64,000 nucleotides of DNA from Myxococcota bacterium (GTDB lineage: Bacteria; Myxococcota_A; UBA796; SXON01): assembly GCA_040386535.1 (NCBI GenBank), contig JAZKFH010000018.1:32001-96000 (forward strand), given 5' to 3'. Both the position numbers and the translations under genes were made by a program. The notes under the pieces were generated by a model that saw only the letters and a program-made list of their open reading frames with translations, did not search any database and had not been told where the DNA came from. This document shows positions 59,643-64,000 of this stretch, piece after piece. Within the stretch, counting starts at the first letter, position 1. Every line of letters starts with the position of its first letter.

Positions 59643-61016
59643 TCAGCACGCGCAGTCGCAGTAGTCGATGGCGAGGGTGGTGACGGCGGAGCCGTCGGTG
59701 GCGGTCACGGTCGTCGTGAGCGGGAACGCGCGCGTCACGAGCTCGGGGCGCCCGTCTCCGCGCGCGTCGACGATGCCGAGCGCGTCCCCAAACGGGGTGT
59801 TCACGAAGCCGCCGAGGGGGGCGCCGAGCGTGTCCCCGTCGATCCCGAAGAGCCCGGCCCAGCTCTGCGTGTCGCCGCCGCACACACCGTCGCCCGCCTT
59901 GCGCGTGCCCTCGACCAGCGCGAGCTCGCCACTGGCGCCGACCCAGCGGGTGACGCGCACGTCGCGGGTGACCTCACCTTCGATGTCGACGGGATCGGCG
60001 TCCCAGTCGGTGCTGGCCGTGAGCGCGGTGGTGGCGGCGGCGATCTGGAGGCCGGTGCCGCGCTCTTCCGGGGACGCGGCGGCGGGGCGGTAGACGGTGA
60101 GCGGCGTGGCGCCGGAGACGGCCACCCACGTGCCCTCGCGGGGGGTCGCCGCGTCACACGTGAGCGCGGCGAACACGCGGGGCTCGCCGCACGTGGGGGC
60201 CGTGGGGGCCTCGCCGTCCAGGGAGCCGAAGTGGGGAAAGCCGAGGGTGAGCGCGTCGAAGCTCGCGACGGTGCAGGCCACGGTGGTGCCCGTGGTGACG
60301 TCGACGGCGCGGTAGGCGGACCCGACGGAGATCGGCCCCATGCGGTCGATGGCGAGCGGCTGGCGCCACGCGTCGTAGCGGTCGGAGAGCGCGACGGGCG
60401 GCGGCGCGCCGCGCAACGTGTGGCCGATGACCGTCTCGGGGGCCTCGATGGGGAGCCAGAGCTGGCCCAGGTCGGCCACGAGCACGGCCACGGACTCGTC
60501 GCCGGGGTCGCCCGCGGAGGCGGAGCCGTTGCCGTGGACGGTCGCGCCGCACCACGTGTCGACGGCCGCGGAGGGGCCCACCCACGCGCCCGCGTTCTTG
60601 ACGTAGTTGTCGATGCCCAGCTCGGTCAAGCGCTTCGACAGCGCCTGGGCCGCGGCCTTGTCGGGCGTCGTGTCCGCGACGGTGATCGCGTAGCAGGGCA
60701 TCAGGTTCTTGAAGCGCCCCGAGTTGAGCTGGCGCACCCGCGCCGCCACCGCGGCGGGCGCATCCGGGGACTCGCGCAGCTTCGTGGCGCCGGGGATCGG
60801 GGTGCGGGGGTCTCGCTCGGAGCCGAGGATGACGAGCCAGTGGTCGGCGAGCGCGGCGTCGGCGTCGGAGCCGACGGTGGAGAGGGGCGGGATGGGCGCC
60901 TTGGGGGCCTCGGGCGGGCCGCTCGGAGGCGGGGCGGCGGGCGGGGGCGCCTCGGGGGCCCCGGTGCAGGCGAGGGCGGCGGCGAGGGCGACGCCGAACA
61001 CGAGAGGCAGACGCAT
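59643..61016 (-). CDS. Hypothetical lipoprotein (SPOR-like N-domain, Cys-containing C-domain)
   Basis: Lipobox ALAC; Pro-rich linker; AQALSKRLTELGIDNYVKNAG; C-terminal YCDCAC. Confidence 0.65.
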   Translation of the reverse strand: MRLPLVFGVALAAALACTGAPEAPPPAAPPPSGPPEAPKAPIPPLSTVGSDADAALADHWLVILGSERDPRTPIPGATKLRESPDAPAAVAARVRQLNSGRFKNLMPCYAITVADTTPDKAAAQALSKRLTELGIDNYVKNAGAWVGPSAAVDTWCGATVHGNGSASAGDPGDESVAVLVADLGQLWLPIEAPETVIGHTLRGAPPPVALSDRYDAWRQPLAIDRMGPISVGSAYRAVDVTTGTTVACTVASFDALTLGFPHFGSLDGEAPTAPTCGEPRVFAALTCDAATPREGTWVAVSGATPLTVYRPAAASPEERGTGLQIAAATTALTASTDWDADPVDIEGEVTRDVRVTRWVGASGELALVEGTRKAGDGVCGGDTQSWAGLFGIDGDTLGAPLGGFVNTPFGDALGIVDARGDGRPELVTRAFPLTTTVTATDGSAVTTLAIDYCDCAC

Positions 61017-61078
61017 GCCGCGGACGCTACCACGCAGGAAGCGATCCGGACGGGGCCGAATGGCGCTATCCTCGCGTC

Positions 61079-62734
61079 ATGCTGTTCCTCTCCCTGCTCG
61101 CCTGCACGGGCCCCGCCGACGACAAGATCGACACCGCCACCGACACCGACCTGCCGGCGGACACGGACACCGGCGACACCGCGATCGTGGAGGACGACAC
61201 CTGCGCCCCCCGCGGCCTGACCCGCCGCGAATGGGACGGCTCGGGCGTGGACGGCGAGTTCGAGACGGTCGCGCCCGACTTCACGCTCAACCTGCTCGAC
61301 GGCACCACCTTCGTGTGGAGCGAGCGCTTCACCGGTTGCGACTCCGTCATCTCGATCACCTACGATCCCGCCGCGGACTACCCCAACCTCACCCGCCCCG
61401 GCGACGTGCGGGACTGGCTCGAGACCTCCCCGCGGTCCGTGCACTACCTGATCTCGATCGACTCGTTGCGCGCGGCGGACCGCGAAGCCGCGTTGACCGC
61501 CCTGAAGGACACGATCGACACCGCGATCTCGCGCATCGACGACGAGGAGGCGCAGGCCTTCTGGACCGAGCACGTCCACCTCGTCACGGACAACCCGAAC
61601 AACCCCGACAGCGCCGAGTGGATCGGCAACCTGAACCAGACCTACCGGACCACCTTCCCGGTCAACTGGGGCATCGACCGCTTCGGCATGGTGCGCGAGC
61701 TCGGCTACCTCGCGGATCCGAACACGGGCTGGGAGGAGTCGCCGCCGAGCTTCATCACGTACGAGGCCGAGTGGTTCGACTACGAGTCCGACCTGCAGGA
61801 TCGGCTCGACGCGGACGGCGCCACCGTGCTCCGCGCCTTCGAGTACACCGACAGCCGCGTGGTCTCCCTCGAGTTCCCCGACGCCGCGACGATGGCGACG
61901 TTCGACACCCTCGAGCTCGACATGCGCTTCATCTGCAACGGGCACCCGGACTCGTCGGGCTGCGGCGAGTGGGACTACCTCGCGTACGCCTACCTCTGCG
62001 ACAACGACGATCCCGCCACGACCGACGTGGACGAGTCGGGCACGTGCACGGAGATCGGCCGGTTCATCACCGCCTACGCGCGGCCCGGCCGCTGGTTGGT
62101 CGACGCCACGCCCTTCCTGGCGATGGTCAAGGACGGCGGCACGCACGTCATCCGCGTGAACAGCGCGAACGCGCCCTTCATCACCTTCGACCTGCGCCTG
62201 TCCAACCAGGGCAAGGGCCAGCGCCCGGTCGCCATCGAGTACCTCTGGAGCGGCGGCACCTGGGACTCGAACTACAACGTCGGCCGCGAGCCGATCACGT
62301 TCACGCCGCCCACCGGCGCGACCGGCGTCGGCATCTGGACGCTCATCAGCGGCCACGGCTTCGGCAGCGACCGCGAGAACTGCGCCGAGTTCTGCAACCA
62401 CCAGCACGAGTTCGTCGTGAACGAGGGGCTGACGGTCATGCAGGAGTTCCCCGAGGCGGGCACGGCCTACGGCTGCGCCGAGACCATCGGCACCGGCACG
62501 GTGTCGGGCCAGTACGGCACCTGGGTGCTCGGCCGCGGCGGCTGGTGCCCCGGGCGCCAGGTGGATCCCTGGTCGGCCGACCTGACCTCGGCGGTCGACT
62601 TCAGCGGCGAGAACACCATCACCTACCGCGGCCTGTTCGAGGGCGACACCTACGTGCCCGTGCCGATCGACAACACGAGCGGCGGGTTCGGCGGGCGGGC
62701 GGATGTGGCGAGCTGGTTGGTCTTCTACGAATAG
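61079..62734 (+). CDS. Peptide-N-glycosidase F-related lipoprotein
   Basis: Lipobox LLAC; CGEWDY, EIGRFITAY, ISGHGFG..NCAEFC.H.H, GTWVLGRGGWCPG. Confidence 0.8.
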   Translation: MLFLSLLACTGPADDKIDTATDTDLPADTDTGDTAIVEDDTCAPRGLTRREWDGSGVDGEFETVAPDFTLNLLDGTTFVWSERFTGCDSVISITYDPAADYPNLTRPGDVRDWLETSPRSVHYLISIDSLRAADREAALTALKDTIDTAISRIDDEEAQAFWTEHVHLVTDNPNNPDSAEWIGNLNQTYRTTFPVNWGIDRFGMVRELGYLADPNTGWEESPPSFITYEAEWFDYESDLQDRLDADGATVLRAFEYTDSRVVSLEFPDAATMATFDTLELDMRFICNGHPDSSGCGEWDYLAYAYLCDNDDPATTDVDESGTCTEIGRFITAYARPGRWLVDATPFLAMVKDGGTHVIRVNSANAPFITFDLRLSNQGKGQRPVAIEYLWSGGTWDSNYNVGREPITFTPPTGATGVGIWTLISGHGFGSDRENCAEFCNHQHEFVVNEGLTVMQEFPEAGTAYGCAETIGTGTVSGQYGTWVLGRGGWCPGRQVDPWSADLTSAVDFSGENTITYRGLFEGDTYVPVPIDNTSGGFGGRADVASWLVFYE

Positions 62735-63136
62735 GGCGGGAGCGGGGCGGACGGACGCGCGAGGCGCGCGCCGCCGCGGAGGCGGGGGTGGCGGGGCGCT
62801 CCGGAAGGCTCAACCGCCAAGACGCCAAGGGCGGCCGAGGGCGGCGGGGGATCCGAGGTCGCAGGGGGCGCGCGGCCGGGAGCGGCCGGGAGGGGTGAGC
62901 GCGCGGCTGCGGTGTTCGCGTGCTCGGACCCATGCGCTCCTGAACGCCGCTATTTCGGGGTCATGTCCACCTGGATGCACGTTTTCGGGCTGATCGGTGC
63001 CCCTCGCGGCCGTGGGCCAACGGACGAACGCCGATCATTTCCGCGACCACCCGCCGGGACGCTCATTCACGACGGCATGACTCGGGAAACCGTGCACTCG
63101 CGGGGGCATGACCCGAACGTTCGGTAGACTCCCGCG

Positions 63137-64000
63137 ATGGACGAGACGGCGCCGTTCAAACGGAGCCTTGGCGACGACGATCTCGTGGTCCTGGGCGTGA
63201 TCGGGCGGGGTGCGTTCGCCGAGGTGCGGCACGCGCACCGACGGAGCGGCTCCGAACCCCTCGCGCTCAAGGTGCTCCGGGCGCGCGACCCCGAAGCCGA
63301 GCGGCGCCTGCGCAAGGAGGGGGCGATCCTGCTCGGGCTCGACCATCCCAACATCCTCCCCATCCACGAGATCCGCGAGTGGGAGGGCCAGCCCGCCCTG
63401 CTCACCGCCTTCGCCCCCGTGGGCTCGCTTCAAGACCTCCTCGACCGAGGCGGCCTCCCCTTCGGAGACGCGCTGGCGCTCTTTCGCGGCATCGTGAAAG
63501 GTGTTGCGTACGCTCATGCGGCCGGCGTGCTCCACCGCGATTTGAAGCCCGCCAACATCCTCATCACCCACGACGCGGTCGGCCACCTCCACCCCTGGGT
63601 CGGCGACTTCGGGATCGCCCGCTTGCTCGACGGGACGACGGCAGCCACCGCGTTCCCCATCGGCACGCCCAAGTACATGGCTCAGGAGCAGTACACCTCG
63701 CCCACCGACCTCGACGAGCGGGTCGACATCTACGCGCTCGGGTGCATCCTCCGCGATCTGTCCGGAGGGAGCGCGCTCCCCACGTTCACGACGGCCATCG
63801 AACGCTGCACCCGACGCCGCCGCGAGGACCGTCCGCGCACCTGCGACGAGCTCCTCCGACTGCTCGATCGCGCCGAGAGCCCTCGCCGGCTCGTCCCGAT
63901 GAGGTTCCTCGTGGGCCTCGCGCTGGTCGCCGTTGCGAGCCTGGTCGGCGTGGCGCTGCGCCCCGCGCCCAATCCACCGTGCCCCCTCGTCACGCAGGTC
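63137..64000 (+). CDS. Hanks-type Ser/Thr protein kinase with a TM helix (runs off the window)
   Basis: Own translation (absent from the ORF track): GRGAFAEV, ALKVL, HRDLKPANIL, GDFGIAR, GTPKYMAQEQ, DIYALG, then FLVGLALVAVASLVGVAL. Confidence 0.9.
   Translation, partial: MDETAPFKRSLGDDDLVVLGVIGRGAFAEVRHAHRRSGSEPLALKVLRARDPEAERRLRKEGAILLGLDHPNILPIHEIREWEGQPALLTAFAPVGSLQDLLDRGGLPFGDALALFRGIVKGVAYAHAAGVLHRDLKPANILITHDAVGHLHPWVGDFGIARLLDGTTAATAFPIGTPKYMAQEQYTSPTDLDERVDIYALGCILRDLSGGSALPTFTTAIERCTRRRREDRPRTCDELLRLLDRAESPRRLVPMRFLVGLALVAVASLVGVALRPAPNPPCPLVTQV

Overview
High-GC bacterial chromosomal window, most consistent with Myxococcota/Deltaproteobacteria (inferred from RpoB/RpoC insert pattern, acidic DT-repeat lipoproteins, FHA and Hanks-kinase genes). 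0-11.5 kb: tRNA-Gly, a coupled three-gene glycosyltransferase operon, an AT-rich intergenic block with DnaA-box-like and IHF-like motifs, an FAD oxidoreductase, gap-pgk-tpiA-secG, tRNA-Leu and a Fur-family regulator. 11.5-44.3 kb: the minus-strand translation/transcription superoperon (Thr-Tyr-Gly-Thr tRNAs, tuf, secE-nusG-rplKAJL-rpoBC, rpsLG-fusA-tuf, S10, spc, alpha). It lacks rplC, rpsD, infA, rpmG and tRNA-Trp, has no L10 leader, and its beta' subunit carries a ~216-aa insertion that resembles a circularly permuted nitrilase-fold domain. 44.5-64 kb: envelope lipoproteins, an outer-membrane beta-barrel operon, DnaJ, a double-FHA protein, HMG-CoA lyase, several apparent pseudoenzymes, aminopeptidase P, a PNGase F-like lipoprotein and a truncated Ser/Thr kinase. 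No integrase, transposase, CRISPR array or rRNA was seen. All assignments are by-eye motif recognition; no database search was run.
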